Source: an uncultured Methanoregulaceae archaeon
GTDB taxonomy: Archaea; Halobacteriota; Methanomicrobia; Methanomicrobiales; Methanospirillaceae
Direction of reading: 5' to 3'
DNA: 64,000 nucleotides
NCBI GenBank assembly: GCA_963737635.1
Contig: CAVTTL010000001.1
Location: 1,440,001-1,504,000 of the forward strand
The notes below the pieces were generated by a model, which worked only from the letters and a program-made list of their open reading frames with translations, had not been told where the DNA came from and searched no databases. The position numbers and the translations under genes are program-made. Numbering within the stretch: position 1 is the stretch's first letter; every line of letters starts with the position of its first letter. This document shows, in pieces, positions 21,044 to 31,310 of the stretch.

Positions 21044-21116
21044 ACCCCCGTAGTGTAGCGGTCAATCATGCAGGACTTTGGATCCGGCGACACCAGTTCG
21101 AATCTGGTCGGGGGTA
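21044..21116 (+). tRNA. tRNA-Gln(UUG)
   Basis: Acceptor ACCCCCG/CGGGGGT, anticodon loop CT-TTG-GA, T-arm ACCAG-TTCGAAT-CTGGT. Confidence 0.93.
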
Positions 21117-21191
21117 TCTATTCTCAGAAAAGCAAACCCATTTTTATATCCGGGTTACGCATATCCCGGATTATTGAGCGATCTCACACAT

Positions 21192-22070
21192 TCAGCAATG
21201 GCAGCGGAACAGATCCCGGATAAGATCCGGGATCTCCGAAGGCCGTGATGCAACGGGAATATCCATCTTTTTGAGCTGGGCAATCTTGGATCGTGCGTCG
21301 CTCTCTCCGCCTTCCACGATCGCACCCGCATGGCCCATTCGTTTATCCGGCGGCGCTGAGACCCCGGCGATATAGGCAACAAGAGGCACGTCCGTGTGCC
21401 GGGCTCCTTCTGCCTCAAGATTTCCGCCAACCTCGCCGATCAAGACGACAGCCTTCGTCTCCGGGTCTTCTGCAAACCGTTCCAGTACGTCACTGAAAGT
21501 CTGGCCGATTACCGGATCACCGCCAATACCCACGACCGTGCTCTGCCCGATCCCTGCCCGTGTGAGTTCGTCGACGACTTCATAGGTAAGCGTCCCGCTC
21601 CGGGAGATCACCCCGACATGACCCCGCAAGAAGAGCCCGGAAGGCATGATCCCCATCTTTACTCCACCGGGTGAGAGCAGGCCCGGACAGTTGGGGCCGA
21701 TAACCGAACAACCCTGCGTCTCCGCAAAGGCAATTGCTCTCATGGCGTCATGCACCGGCACATGCTCGGTAATCGCGACGACCAGTTCGAGACCGGCGTC
21801 TGCTGCCTCCATAATAGAATCTGCCGCAGCACCTCCCGGAACAAAGACAACACCCGCGGTCGCGTCCTGCTCCCTGAGAGCATCTTTTACCGTGTTGTAT
21901 ACCGGGACGCCATGGACGGTCTGGCCGCCTTTTTTTGGCGTAACTCCTGCGACAACCCCACGCCCACCGACCTGCCGGGCATACTCGTTCATCAGGCCAA
22001 TGTGATACTCGCCCTGCCGGCCGGTTGCCCCGGTTACTATAATTCCGGTCTTCTTATCTCCGTAGATCAT
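21192..22070 (-). CDS. sucD: Succinyl-CoA synthetase alpha subunit
   Basis: [21 protein letters not shown] and RMGHAGA (phospho-His). Confidence 0.95.
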   Translation of the reverse strand: MIYGDKKTGIIVTGATGRQGEYHIGLMNEYARQVGGRGVVAGVTPKKGGQTVHGVPVYNTVKDALREQDATAGVVFVPGGAAADSIMEAADAGLELVVAITEHVPVHDAMRAIAFAETQGCSVIGPNCPGLLSPGGVKMGIMPSGLFLRGHVGVISRSGTLTYEVVDELTRAGIGQSTVVGIGGDPVIGQTFSDVLERFAEDPETKAVVLIGEVGGNLEAEGARHTDVPLVAYIAGVSAPPDKRMGHAGAIVEGGESDARSKIAQLKKMDIPVASRPSEIPDLIRDLFRCHC

Positions 22071-23152
22071 CCGGCCACCTCCACGGCTTTTTTTACGACA
22101 AGATCCATAGTATCGAGCATCTCGTACCCTTTTTCTGAGAGAAGTTTTCGTCCCTCATCGGCATTTGTTCCGGCGATCCGCACGATCACCGGGACGGGAA
22201 CACCGGCGGCTATGATACCCTTTGCAACCTCGTCGCACCGGGTGATGCCACCCAGAAGGTTAACCACAATGACCCTGACTGAAGGAACACCGGAGACAAG
22301 GCGGACCGCATGCATTACGCGTTCGCTGTCCGCTCCTCCACCTACATCGAGGAAATCCGCTGCTTGGCCGCCGTAGTACTCAATGAGGTCCAGGGTTGAC
22401 ATCGTAAGGCCGGCCCCGTTCCCTATGACACCTATGGTGCCCTCGAGTTCCACAAACGAAAAGCCATGTTTCTCTGCCTCTCTTTCACGTTCGGTCAGGT
22501 CTCGATTGATGGCAATACCCTGGCGGCCGAGGCTATTATCATCAACAATCAGCTTTGCATCGGCTGCATAGACACCGCCCGGTGTCGTAACCAGCGGATT
22601 TATTTCAGCGAGAAGGGCGTCCTTGTTGCAGAATACGTGGTACAGCCGGTTGACCGTTTTCTGGATCTCGGCCGGGGCGTCACCGCAGAGTTCACGCAGG
22701 AGAAAGTTCGGTATATCGGAGAGGAGAGGGCAGAAACTGACCGAGCGGATGGCATCTTTCTTCTTGTGGGCAGTCTCTTCGATGTCTATGCCCCCGGTCT
22801 CGGCAAAGAGGATCACGGGTTGTTTCTTTATCCGGTCAATCGTGATGCTCACGTAATATTCATGCTGGATATCGAGGCGTTCCTCGATGAGCACCCGCTG
22901 GACCGGTAGCCCCTTGATCGTCGTGTTGAAGAGCTGGCGGGCGGTCTCGATAACCGTATCGCGGTCGGCCATCAGGACACCCCCGGCCTTTCCCCTGCCG
23001 CCGACATCCACCTGCGCCTTGACGACGACTTTTTCAGCGATTGCATCCATATGGAGGAGGATCTCCTCATGCTTTCCCACAAGGATACCAGTTGGCACCT
23101 TGATGCCCTCTTGGGCAAAGAGCTGTTTTGCCTCGTATTCCAGTAGTTTCAT
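22067..23152 (-). CDS. sucC: Succinyl-CoA synthetase beta subunit
   Basis: MKLLEYEAK, GGRGKAGGV, EINPL and GNGAGL. Confidence 0.95.
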   Translation of the reverse strand: MKLLEYEAKQLFAQEGIKVPTGILVGKHEEILLHMDAIAEKVVVKAQVDVGGRGKAGGVLMADRDTVIETARQLFNTTIKGLPVQRVLIEERLDIQHEYYVSITIDRIKKQPVILFAETGGIDIEETAHKKKDAIRSVSFCPLLSDIPNFLLRELCGDAPAEIQKTVNRLYHVFCNKDALLAEINPLVTTPGGVYAADAKLIVDDNSLGRQGIAINRDLTEREREAEKHGFSFVELEGTIGVIGNGAGLTMSTLDLIEYYGGQAADFLDVGGGADSERVMHAVRLVSGVPSVRVIVVNLLGGITRCDEVAKGIIAAGVPVPVIVRIAGTNADEGRKLLSEKGYEMLDTMDLVVKKAVEVAG

Positions 23153-23688
23153 GACTGTTTTTCCCCTCCTGCAAGTGCAATCCCGAGTTCCATGGCTTTT
23201 GTGTTGAGCTCTTCAGTGCCTTTTGGTACCGAATCGAGAATGGCCTTTTTAAGCGCCTCTTCGCTGACCACATGGGTGTAGCCAACGAGTGCCCCGAGCA
23301 TTACGATATTTGCGACGATGTCCCGGCCGAGGGTCTTCCTGGCCACCGCCGTTGCCGGGATCTCGTAAAACATGCAATCTGGGCGTGAATGAACGAGCGT
23401 GGAGTCGAGGAGCATTACCGCGTCAAGTTGGGCTGCAGCGCCATATTTCTCGAAACCCTCTTGGGACATGATGACAAAGATATCCGGATTTGCGACCTTA
23501 GGATACAGGATCTCTTCATCGTCAATGATTACTGCGCTCATGGACGCTCCGCCCCGGGCTTCGGGTCCGTAGACTTGGGTCTGCACGGCGAACGTATGGT
23601 CGTACATCACGGCGGCACGACCTAGGATGACTGCGGAGAGGATGATTCCCTGCCCGCCAAATCCGGAGAATCTGACCTCACGTCTCAC
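23149..23688 (-). CDS. korC: 2-oxoglutarate:ferredoxin oxidoreductase gamma subunit
   Basis: GFGGQG, YGPEARGG and NIVMLG. Confidence 0.88.
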   Translation of the reverse strand: MRREVRFSGFGGQGIILSAVILGRAAVMYDHTFAVQTQVYGPEARGGASMSAVIIDDEEILYPKVANPDIFVIMSQEGFEKYGAAAQLDAVMLLDSTLVHSRPDCMFYEIPATAVARKTLGRDIVANIVMLGALVGYTHVVSEEALKKAILDSVPKGTEELNTKAMELGIALAGGEKQS

Positions 23689-24488
23689 GGCTTCGCCTCC
23701 GCCGGTGGTATTCCCATTGCAGGCCGGTTGCGGCGCATCAGTTCTCCCACCACATATGCATCATCCGGGATTTTCTCGCCCTGTTCGAGCATTCGGTCCC
23801 GCTTTGCCTTCAAAAGCGAGTGCGATTTGAGGTACTCTATCTGGTCGGCAACCTGCCGGAACTTGTTCCGGCGACCAAAGTTTGTCGGGCACTGGGACAG
23901 TGCTTCAATAAAGGAGAACCCTTGGGTCTCAAGACCGGTTTTTACCGCCCGTTCGAGTTCCTTCACATGGTAGGAAGTCCACCGGGCAACGTAGTTTGCC
24001 CCCGCTGCAATGGCGAGCTCCGAGAGATCGAAAGCCGGCTCGGTACAGCCAAATGGCGTCGTTGTCGAAATGCAGCCCCGGGGAGTTGTCGGACTGCCCT
24101 GCCCTCCGGTCATACCATAGATCTGGTTGTTCATGCAGATGACGGTGAGATCAATATTCCGGCGGCAAGCGTGGATAAAGTGGTTGCCCCCGATCGCCGC
24201 GAGATCCCCGTCCCCGGTAAAGACAATGACATGGAGTTTCGGGTTTGCCATCTTAACTCCGGTCGCAAAGGCAAGCGCCCGTCCATGTGTCGTATGGAGC
24301 GAATCGGTGACAATGTAGCCAGGAGCTCTCGAGGAACATCCGATGCCGGAGACAAAGACAGTGTCTTCTTTTGTCCAGTCCATTGAATCGACGGCGGCAA
24401 GCGTGCAATTGATGATCGTGCCGTTCCCGCAGCCTACACAGTAGATGTGGGGAAGCCGGTCCTGCCGGAACCAATCTTCGAAGCTCAT
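23685..24488 (-). CDS. korB: 2-oxoglutarate:ferredoxin oxidoreductase beta subunit
   Basis: CVGCG, SGIGC, GDGD TPP motif and YGMTGGQ. Confidence 0.9.
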   Translation of the reverse strand: MSFEDWFRQDRLPHIYCVGCGNGTIINCTLAAVDSMDWTKEDTVFVSGIGCSSRAPGYIVTDSLHTTHGRALAFATGVKMANPKLHVIVFTGDGDLAAIGGNHFIHACRRNIDLTVICMNNQIYGMTGGQGSPTTPRGCISTTTPFGCTEPAFDLSELAIAAGANYVARWTSYHVKELERAVKTGLETQGFSFIEALSQCPTNFGRRNKFRQVADQIEYLKSHSLLKAKRDRMLEQGEKIPDDAYVVGELMRRNRPAMGIPPAEAKP

Positions 24489-25582
24489 GGTCCAGCCTCA
24501 AGGATACCCAAAAGTTCAGTTGGCGTATGCAGATCCCCGCCGAGTTTAGGGACTAACGTTACCGGAACATTTGTGTGTCTTTCAATCTCTCTTGCGATCT
24601 GGCCGAGGTTGAGTTCGGGTACGATAAAGTGTCGGACATACCTGAAGATGGCGAGGGCATGGGAGGGGAACGGCCAGACCGTACGGATCCGTAAAAAGCC
24701 GATCTTATCCGGGTGATCGTGGAGTACCTGCTGGACGGTGCGGACAGGCGCGCCATACGCGATAAAGACCTGTTCTGCATCAGGATTGATCACGTCGAAA
24801 TCCGCGAGTGTTTCGGTCGCCGATTCGATCTTGTCTACGAGCCTTTTTACGAGCGTCGCGTGCAGGCCGGGATTTGTTGCACACGGATAGCCCCGTTCAT
24901 CATGGGTGAGTCCGGTCACGTGCGTTCCGTAACCTTTACCGAATTCGGGGAACCCGGGAATGAGGCCTTCTCCCGGTTTAAACGGTGGGGTGCCGGGCAC
25001 AAAGGTCGGGCGCCCGGTGCGCTCAACCGTATCCGGCACGAGAATGCGCTCCCGCATGTGCCCGATCACCTCATCGGCCATTAAAAAGACCGGTACCCGA
25101 TAGCGATCAGCGAGATTGAACGCCTTTACAGTAAGATCGTACATTTCCTGGACGCTTGCAGGGCAGAGCGCGATTACCGCGTAGTCGCCATGCGACCCGA
25201 ACCGGCACTGCAGCATGTCCCCCTGTGCCGCCATAGTCGGCTGGCCGGTAGAAGGGCCTCCCCGCTGTACATTCACGATAACGCAGGGGGTCTCGGTCAT
25301 CGCCGCGTACCCGATATTTTCCATCATCAGGGAAAAACCCGGGCCGCTCGTCGCGGTCATCGCCCGGGCCCCGGTCCAGGCCGCACCGATGACGGAGGCG
25401 ATGCTTGCCAGCTCGTCTTCCATCTGGATGAAGACCCCACCCTTTTTGGGGAGCTTCACCGCCATATGCTCGGCGATTTCTGTCGAGGGAGTAATAGGGT
25501 ATCCCCCAAAGAAGCGGCAGCCCGCCGCAAGAGCCCCTTCTGCAGACGCGATATTTCCCTGCCAGAATTCAGTCCGTGTCAA
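24485..25582 (-). CDS. korA: 2-oxoglutarate:ferredoxin oxidoreductase alpha subunit
   Basis: YPITPS, QMEDE, TATSGPG and QRGGPSTG. Confidence 0.9.
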   Translation of the reverse strand: MTRTEFWQGNIASAEGALAAGCRFFGGYPITPSTEIAEHMAVKLPKKGGVFIQMEDELASIASVIGAAWTGARAMTATSGPGFSLMMENIGYAAMTETPCVIVNVQRGGPSTGQPTMAAQGDMLQCRFGSHGDYAVIALCPASVQEMYDLTVKAFNLADRYRVPVFLMADEVIGHMRERILVPDTVERTGRPTFVPGTPPFKPGEGLIPGFPEFGKGYGTHVTGLTHDERGYPCATNPGLHATLVKRLVDKIESATETLADFDVINPDAEQVFIAYGAPVRTVQQVLHDHPDKIGFLRIRTVWPFPSHALAIFRYVRHFIVPELNLGQIAREIERHTNVPVTLVPKLGGDLHTPTELLGILEAGP

Positions 25583-25851
25583 TATTCAATCGCCACCTTG
25601 AGGGGTTCGTACGGCTCCTCCTCCACCCAGTGAATAGCCTGGTCGGGGCAGGTGAGCTGGCAGACGCCGCAGAGCTGCCGTCTGTAGAAATGGCGGAGCC
25701 GGCAGTTGGTGCAGCGTTCCGGCCGGTCGAGTTCGGGCACTACAATCCCTCGCCGATTCGGGTTTTTTCCCTCTTTAAAAATGCGGTACGGGCAGACCTT
25801 TACACAGAGATTGCAGCCCTTGCATCGGGTCTCGTCTATGGCGAGTTTCAT
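25579..25851 (-). CDS. korD: Ferredoxin-like delta subunit
   Basis: CKGCNLCVKVCP plus a second, insertion-containing cluster motif. Confidence 0.85.
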   Translation of the reverse strand: MKLAIDETRCKGCNLCVKVCPYRIFKEGKNPNRRGIVVPELDRPERCTNCRLRHFYRRQLCGVCQLTCPDQAIHWVEEEPYEPLKVAIEY

Positions 25852-25892
25852 GGGATGTGTCCTATGTATGTAGCCGTTGAGGTGAAAAAAAC

Positions 25893-26450
25893 TTATTCGT
25901 CAGAGCATTCCCGCAGCTGCCCGGTCGTGAATACCCGGGATGCATTCTCCAGCACGGCCTCGAAAAGATCATTACCGTGTGCATCGATACCGACTACGAG
26001 CGGCAGCTGTTCGAGCTCAATGACCCAGACCGCTTCTGCCATGCCAAGATCCGGAAAATAAACTCCTTTGAGCGTCATATGCGACGCAGCAAGCGCCGCA
26101 CAGCCCCCGGTAAAGGCAAAATAGACACCTCGTTTCCGCAGTTGCTCACGCACGGTGCGGTCCATGCCTCCTTTACCTATCAATGCCCGGACTCCGCTCT
26201 CAAGCAGGAAGCCGGTGAGAGCATTCATCCGTGCGGAGGTGGTCGGGCCTGCTGCCACGATCCTGTCGTCTTTTATCACTGGTCCACAATGGTAAATCAC
26301 AGCTCCTTCGGGATCAAACGGGATGCCCTCTTTTTTCATGCGAAGATGAGCTTCGTCTCGCGCAGTGTACACCAAACCTGAGAGTTCAACCCGGTCGCCT
26401 GCGTGGAGGGTGAGGATTTCGTCCCCCAGAGGAGTCTTTAGCTGGATCAC
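25893..26450 (-). CDS. Fe-S fumarate hydratase beta subunit
   Basis: TARDEAH, GPTTSARM, IGKGGM and LGMAEA; GTG start overlapping the alpha-subunit stop. Confidence 0.88.
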   Translation of the reverse strand: MIQLKTPLGDEILTLHAGDRVELSGLVYTARDEAHLRMKKEGIPFDPEGAVIYHCGPVIKDDRIVAAGPTTSARMNALTGFLLESGVRALIGKGGMDRTVREQLRKRGVYFAFTGGCAALAASHMTLKGVYFPDLGMAEAVWVIELEQLPLVVGIDAHGNDLFEAVLENASRVFTTGQLRECSDE

Positions 26451-27283
26451 CAGTCCACCTCTACGGTTGCATGGCGGTTTGCCCAGCATTGTACATTCAC
26501 GGCGACAGGGAGTGAGGCGGTATGGCACGACGCGGTCTTTACCTTGACCGCAAGCGCGGTGATGTTCCCGCCAAGCCCCATCGGCCCGATTCCGAGCCGG
26601 TTCACTGCGTTGCAGAGCTTCTGTTCGAACGCATTCATCTGGTCCACAGGTTGGAGCAGTGCTTCCTTTGCAAGCGCCGGGGCACTGTCGAAGGTCCCCC
26701 CGATCCCGACACCCAGCACAACTGGTGGGCAGGGCCGTCCTTCGGCAGCCAGCATGGTCTGGACAACGACCTCCTCGATTTTCTTTTTCTGCGACGGGAG
26801 GAGCATCACCACCCGGGAAACGTTCTCTGCCCCGGCACCTTTGGGCAGCACGGTTACCAGGAATCGCTCCCCGGGTCGCACATGAACCGCAGGCACCCCG
26901 GTACCGGTATTATTTCCCGAATTGTGCCGGGTGAGGGGATCGACGACATTGGGGCGCAACGGGACTTCAATCGTTGCCCGTCGGATACCGTCTGCGATGG
27001 CGTCAAAAAGAACCTGTGAGAACGGCACTTCCGGAGGCAGCGTAAGGTAGACGATCGGTACACCGGTATCCTGACAGAGTGGGACACCGAGGCACTCAGC
27101 AGCAGAGATATTCTTTGTTATATTTTCATATTCCCCCGCAGCCACTTCATTGGTCTCGCAGGCAGCAGCTTGAGCAAGAGATTTTTTTACATCCGCGGGC
27201 AGGTATATGACCGCATTCCGCATGGCCCTGCACGTCGCTTTTGCCAGTGCTTCCCGCAGATGCTCCGGTTCCCTTTGCTGCAT
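26447..27283 (-). CDS. Fe-S fumarate hydratase alpha subunit
   Basis: PLCQDTG, PKGAGAEN, IGPMGLGG and CWANR. Confidence 0.88.
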   Translation of the reverse strand: MQQREPEHLREALAKATCRAMRNAVIYLPADVKKSLAQAAACETNEVAAGEYENITKNISAAECLGVPLCQDTGVPIVYLTLPPEVPFSQVLFDAIADGIRRATIEVPLRPNVVDPLTRHNSGNNTGTGVPAVHVRPGERFLVTVLPKGAGAENVSRVVMLLPSQKKKIEEVVVQTMLAAEGRPCPPVVLGVGIGGTFDSAPALAKEALLQPVDQMNAFEQKLCNAVNRLGIGPMGLGGNITALAVKVKTASCHTASLPVAVNVQCWANRHATVEVDW

Positions 27284-27442
27284 TCAACCATAGTTAGGCG
27301 GCAGGGAAGTTATATACTGTGCGACTGGGCATGCCGGTGCAACGGGTGATCTACCGATCTTTCGCGAAGAACAAAAAGCAAAAAAAAGTGGATTAACAGA
27401 CGATATCGGATCTGAAAAAAGACAGAAAACCGGGGATGCCGG

Positions 27443-28198
27443 TTACTTCTTGTCCTTGCCACCCTTTGCCGGGGCAGCCTTTCCGCCTTTCGCAGCCTCA
27501 GCACCCTTTGCTGCAGGCTCTGCCTTGGTGGGTTCAGCACCCTTGTGCGCACCACCCTTGTGGTCTGCGCCCTTTGCACCCTTTGCCGCCGGTTCTGCCG
27601 CCGGTTCTGCTGCCACCGCTTCAGTTTCTGCCTTAACCGGTGCTGCAATCTTATCGCCGGCAATCTTGGGTGCCGCAACGATCCTGCCGCTGACCTTAAT
27701 GGTGTGGACTTTGAGATGGGACGGGGTCGGGAGCTTGTGGGCTCCGTTCCTCATCGCTGCCTTGATCTTGTCTAGGTACTGGGCGGTAGAGTAGACCGTG
27801 AAGATGATCTGGCCTGCTTCTACCCGCGCCGCAGTCCCTACTGCTTTGCCGAAAGCAAGGCGCATCCCTTCAGATACACGGTCTGCCCCTGCACCGGTTG
27901 CCTGCTTGTTCTCCCGGAGCACATGGTGCGGGAAAACGCGAACCTTGAAATGGAAGTTCGTTCTCCCGACATCCTTGAGCAGCTTCCTGTTGATCGAAAT
28001 ACGGGATGCCTCAAGAGCGCTGTGCCGGATCTGGCAGGTTTCTTCAACGATCAGGTCAATCTCAGTCGGGAACTCTTGGGAAAGGTTTCCCATCTCGAAC
28101 TGTACGATCTTATTGCCGGGAACCCCACCCATGTACTCACGCCGTGTATAGGCCTTCTTTGCAAGGTTCCTGTACATCTTCCCCGGTTTTCTTACCAT
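27443..28198 (-). CDS. rpl10e: 50S ribosomal protein L10e (uL16) with Ala/Lys-rich C-terminal extension
   Basis: [20 protein letters not shown] and [27 protein letters not shown]. Confidence 0.95.
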   Translation of the reverse strand: MVRKPGKMYRNLAKKAYTRREYMGGVPGNKIVQFEMGNLSQEFPTEIDLIVEETCQIRHSALEASRISINRKLLKDVGRTNFHFKVRVFPHHVLRENKQATGAGADRVSEGMRLAFGKAVGTAARVEAGQIIFTVYSTAQYLDKIKAAMRNGAHKLPTPSHLKVHTIKVSGRIVAAPKIAGDKIAAPVKAETEAVAAEPAAEPAAKGAKGADHKGGAHKGAEPTKAEPAAKGAEAAKGGKAAPAKGGKDKK

Positions 28199-28321
28199 TG
28201 CGTCCTTCTCCTAGTGTATGAATCGTAAAAGCAGGCACGAAAACACACGATATTATGAGGCTATCGTGCCGGCACACTTCACAAACTGCTTTTATAAAAT
28301 AGAGATTGAGGCTATTAAACC

Positions 28322-29083
28322 TTACTGGACGAGATCTGACTCTTCCCGGATCACATCGAGCAGGTGGCGCCGGATCTGGCCGAATTCTTCACTGGTACGG
28401 TCCCGGGGACGGGCGCCCGGTATGGCAACAATCTCCTTGATCTTCCCGGGGCGGTGTGTCAGGACGATGATCCGGTCTGCAAGGAATACTGCTTCGTCGA
28501 CGCTGTGGGTGACAAAGAGGATCGTCTTCTTCGTCTTCTCCCAGATCCGGAGTAGTTCGTTCTGCATCCGGTTGCGTGTCTGGGCATCGAGAGCGCCAAA
28601 CGGCTCATCCATGAGAAGAATGGACGGCTCGATCGCGAGTGCCCGTGCTACTGCCACTCTCTGGCGCATCCCCCCGGAGAGTTCATAGGGGTACCGGTGC
28701 TCAAACCCTTTAAGGCCCACTAGATTGAGATACTTTTCCGTAGCAGAAGTCCGATCTGGATTGCCCAGTCCCCGTAATTCAAGCCCAAACGCTATGTTCT
28801 CTTCAACGGTCCGCCACGGGTAAAGAGAGTATTCCTGGAAGATCATTGCCATCTTGGGGCTTGGTCGGGTAACTGGCTCCCCGTCGACAGATACCAATCC
28901 GGATGATGCAGATTCAAGCCCAGCAATAATACGAAGTATGGTGGTCTTGCCACATCCTGACGGTCCGAGGATACAGATGAACTCTTCGTGATCAACGGAG
29001 AACGAGATACGGGAGAGTGCTTCGATTGTTTCTCCGTTACCTGAAGAAAAGGTCCTTGAAACATCACTGACCGTCAGCGTCAT
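28322..29083 (-). CDS. ABC transporter ATP-binding protein (nitrate/sulfonate/taurine family)
   Basis: GPSGCGKT, LSGGMRQR and LLMDEPF. Confidence 0.92.
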   Translation of the reverse strand: MTLTVSDVSRTFSSGNGETIEALSRISFSVDHEEFICILGPSGCGKTTILRIIAGLESASSGLVSVDGEPVTRPSPKMAMIFQEYSLYPWRTVEENIAFGLELRGLGNPDRTSATEKYLNLVGLKGFEHRYPYELSGGMRQRVAVARALAIEPSILLMDEPFGALDAQTRNRMQNELLRIWEKTKKTILFVTHSVDEAVFLADRIIVLTHRPGKIKEIVAIPGARPRDRTSEEFGQIRRHLLDVIREESDLVQ

Positions 29084-29842
29084 CGCTCCAGCCCCCTCCA
29101 CCCGAACCAGCGTTTTTCAGCCGCCTTGAACCCTTGGTCAATAGCAAGGCCGATGAGACCAATCACGATGATTCCGGCAATGATTACATTGGTCTGCCCC
29201 AGATTGTAGGCGTACATGATCAGGTATCCGAGACCTGACGTCGGGCCCGGCAGGATCTCAGCAGCGACGACGCACATCCATGCAATTCCAAAGCCCACCC
29301 TGAGGCCGGTCCAGATGGTCGGGGCGGCCCCTGGCACTACCACTTTGATGAGGATCTGGCGTTCGTTTGCCCCAAGTGTTGTACCCACCTCGATCCAGGT
29401 ATTCTTGACACCCCGTACGCCATCGACCGTATTGAGCAGGATCGGGAACACAGCCCCGATAAAGATGATAAAGACGATAGAAACAATTCCGATCTTGAAC
29501 CACGCAAGTGCGAGAGGTACCCATGCGAGGGGAGGCACCGGGCGGAGGAGTTCAAGGGTGATATCGAAAAAATCGTTGAGAACCGCAAATCTGCCCATCC
29601 CGATCCCAAGAGGGATGGCAACAGCAGCAGCAAGTGCAAAGCCGAACACTACCCGCTCTATACTGACTGTGGCGTTCTCCACCAAGCTTCCTGTGCCAAG
29701 AATATCTGAAAACGGGCTGAGCAGTACCCGGAATGACCGTCTCAGGTTTTGGCAGGAAAAAAGGGTTGTTGACGATGATTGCCGCAATCTCCCATCCGAG
29801 GATGATGAGGACAGGCAATACCAGTCCGAGACGCCGTGTCAT
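29080..29842 (-). CDS. ABC transporter permease, SsuC-like (frameshift near 29730)
   Basis: LRPVPPLAW and EAA-like loop; N-terminus supplied by ORF 29552..29842. Confidence 0.85.
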
Positions 29843-29873
29843 TGTTCCTGATAATAATGACGCGCAAACCTCA

Positions 29874-31130
29874 TCAAACCTTCACATCGGTGACGGTAAA
29901 CCCGCTGCTCTGGAGGGCATACCGGAGCATGACGTCCTGGATCGAGCCTTTTCCCGGTGCTGCAATCACCAGCGGTTTACCGGCATCGGATCGCTCTTTA
30001 GCCCATGTGGCAAAACTCTGCCAATCGGTGGCAGGTGCACCTTTTGTTACGACAAGACCGCTTCCCAAATTGTCGATTGGGTAAGCGATGGTGACCGGCG
30101 TACCTATATCGATGGCGTTAATCGCTGGTGGGACACCCACATAGGACATCTGGATTGAGTTTGTCGCAGCGAGCTGCATCAGGTTTGGCCCTGCATTTGC
30201 CGGGACAAGGTTGACGGTGGCGACTTTCTGGCCGTTTACGAGGAAGTCAGCGACATCCGGTTTTGCTTTTGTTGGATCCTCGGGCTTGAGGGCAATACCG
30301 TATGTGGCATTAAAGTACTGCCAATCCTTGACCGCGACAAAGAGTGCGGAATGATCCACTGCCATCAGGTACCCGACGCTTACCGGGCTCTTCAGGGGTG
30401 CAGGTGTGGTAATGTTCTTCGAGGTGATGATGGCTTGTGCGTTCTGGTACGGCTGGAAGTTATAGAGTACGGAATCGGGGTTGGAACTGTTCTTGACAAA
30501 ACCCTTGACGGATCCAATGCCGATGAGAGCCTGCACAAAATCCGTAGTACTTGCCTTCCACGAATCCGATGGATTGTTAGTGAACTCTATAGTCGGTATT
30601 GCGTTGGTGACAACGGTCACTGAGGATACGCTCACGTTTCCGTACGTGAAATTCTGTTTTCCCGCAAGCCAGTCGGCAGCGATCCCGGCAGATTCCTGTG
30701 GGTGGTCGTTGATATATTGCGTAGCGGCGAGATTGAGTGCGGAGAAGTCGTTGACGAAATCCGGATTCTGGGCGTAGAAGTCATTTCTTACCACAAAGAC
30801 ATTCTGCGGGTGATTACTCCATTCACCGGCAGGTGGAAGATCCTTTGAATAGACCGCGACTTGGCCGATGTTACTTTCCACTCCTGCCTCAACTACTGGC
30901 TGCCATGCGATATACCCGTCGATCTGGCTGGTTGCAAGAAGGGGCGGCATCGGGCCGACACCGGCGGTCTCAATGATACCTACCGTCCCGTTGGGTGCCG
31001 CCGCGGATGCCGGGGATGCAGCGCTTTGCGAGGAACCGGCAGACTGGGTGCAGCCGGTTACGAGCAATACAAGAATAAGAGCAAACGCAAGAAAGGCGAT
31101 TGCCGTGATCTTCATGGCTTTCATACGCAC
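29874..31130 (-). CDS. ABC substrate-binding lipoprotein, SsuA/NMT1-like, apparently circularly permuted
   Basis: Lipobox VTGC; IDGYIAWQP precedes VSVGYL...DHSALFVA. Confidence 0.8.
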   Translation of the reverse strand: MRMKAMKITAIAFLAFALILVLLVTGCTQSAGSSQSAASPASAAAPNGTVGIIETAGVGPMPPLLATSQIDGYIAWQPVVEAGVESNIGQVAVYSKDLPPAGEWSNHPQNVFVVRNDFYAQNPDFVNDFSALNLAATQYINDHPQESAGIAADWLAGKQNFTYGNVSVSSVTVVTNAIPTIEFTNNPSDSWKASTTDFVQALIGIGSVKGFVKNSSNPDSVLYNFQPYQNAQAIITSKNITTPAPLKSPVSVGYLMAVDHSALFVAVKDWQYFNATYGIALKPEDPTKAKPDVADFLVNGQKVATVNLVPANAGPNLMQLAATNSIQMSYVGVPPAINAIDIGTPVTIAYPIDNLGSGLVVTKGAPATDWQSFATWAKERSDAGKPLVIAAPGKGSIQDVMLRYALQSSGFTVTDVKV

Positions 31131-31216
31131 GAGTTATCCGGGAGATAATAAAAAAGTGTGCGATTCAGGCAATTTTTTTGTCTGTTTGGATAAAAAATCT
31201 CATAAAAAACGACAAC

Positions 31217-31243
31217 TGGATAATTTTATGTTTTAATTGTCCA
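31217..31243. promoter_or_regulatory. Operator-like inverted repeat TGGATAATT-N9-AATTGTCCA between the divergent ABC operon and HTH regulator
   Basis: 8/9 inverted match; extra TGGATAA half-site at 31187. Confidence 0.45.
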
Positions 31244-31310
31244 ACAATCATATTTTTCGGTACATTAGTGGCAATGTTTTCTCTCATTTTGACCCAATTG
31301 TAGTTTTATT

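Noticed and set aside
16673-21116. Provirus or integrative element at tRNA-Gln (integrase plus xis)
   Set aside because: The recombinase looks like XerA and lies on the 5' side of the tRNA; no duplicated tRNA 3' end and no viral or replication genes
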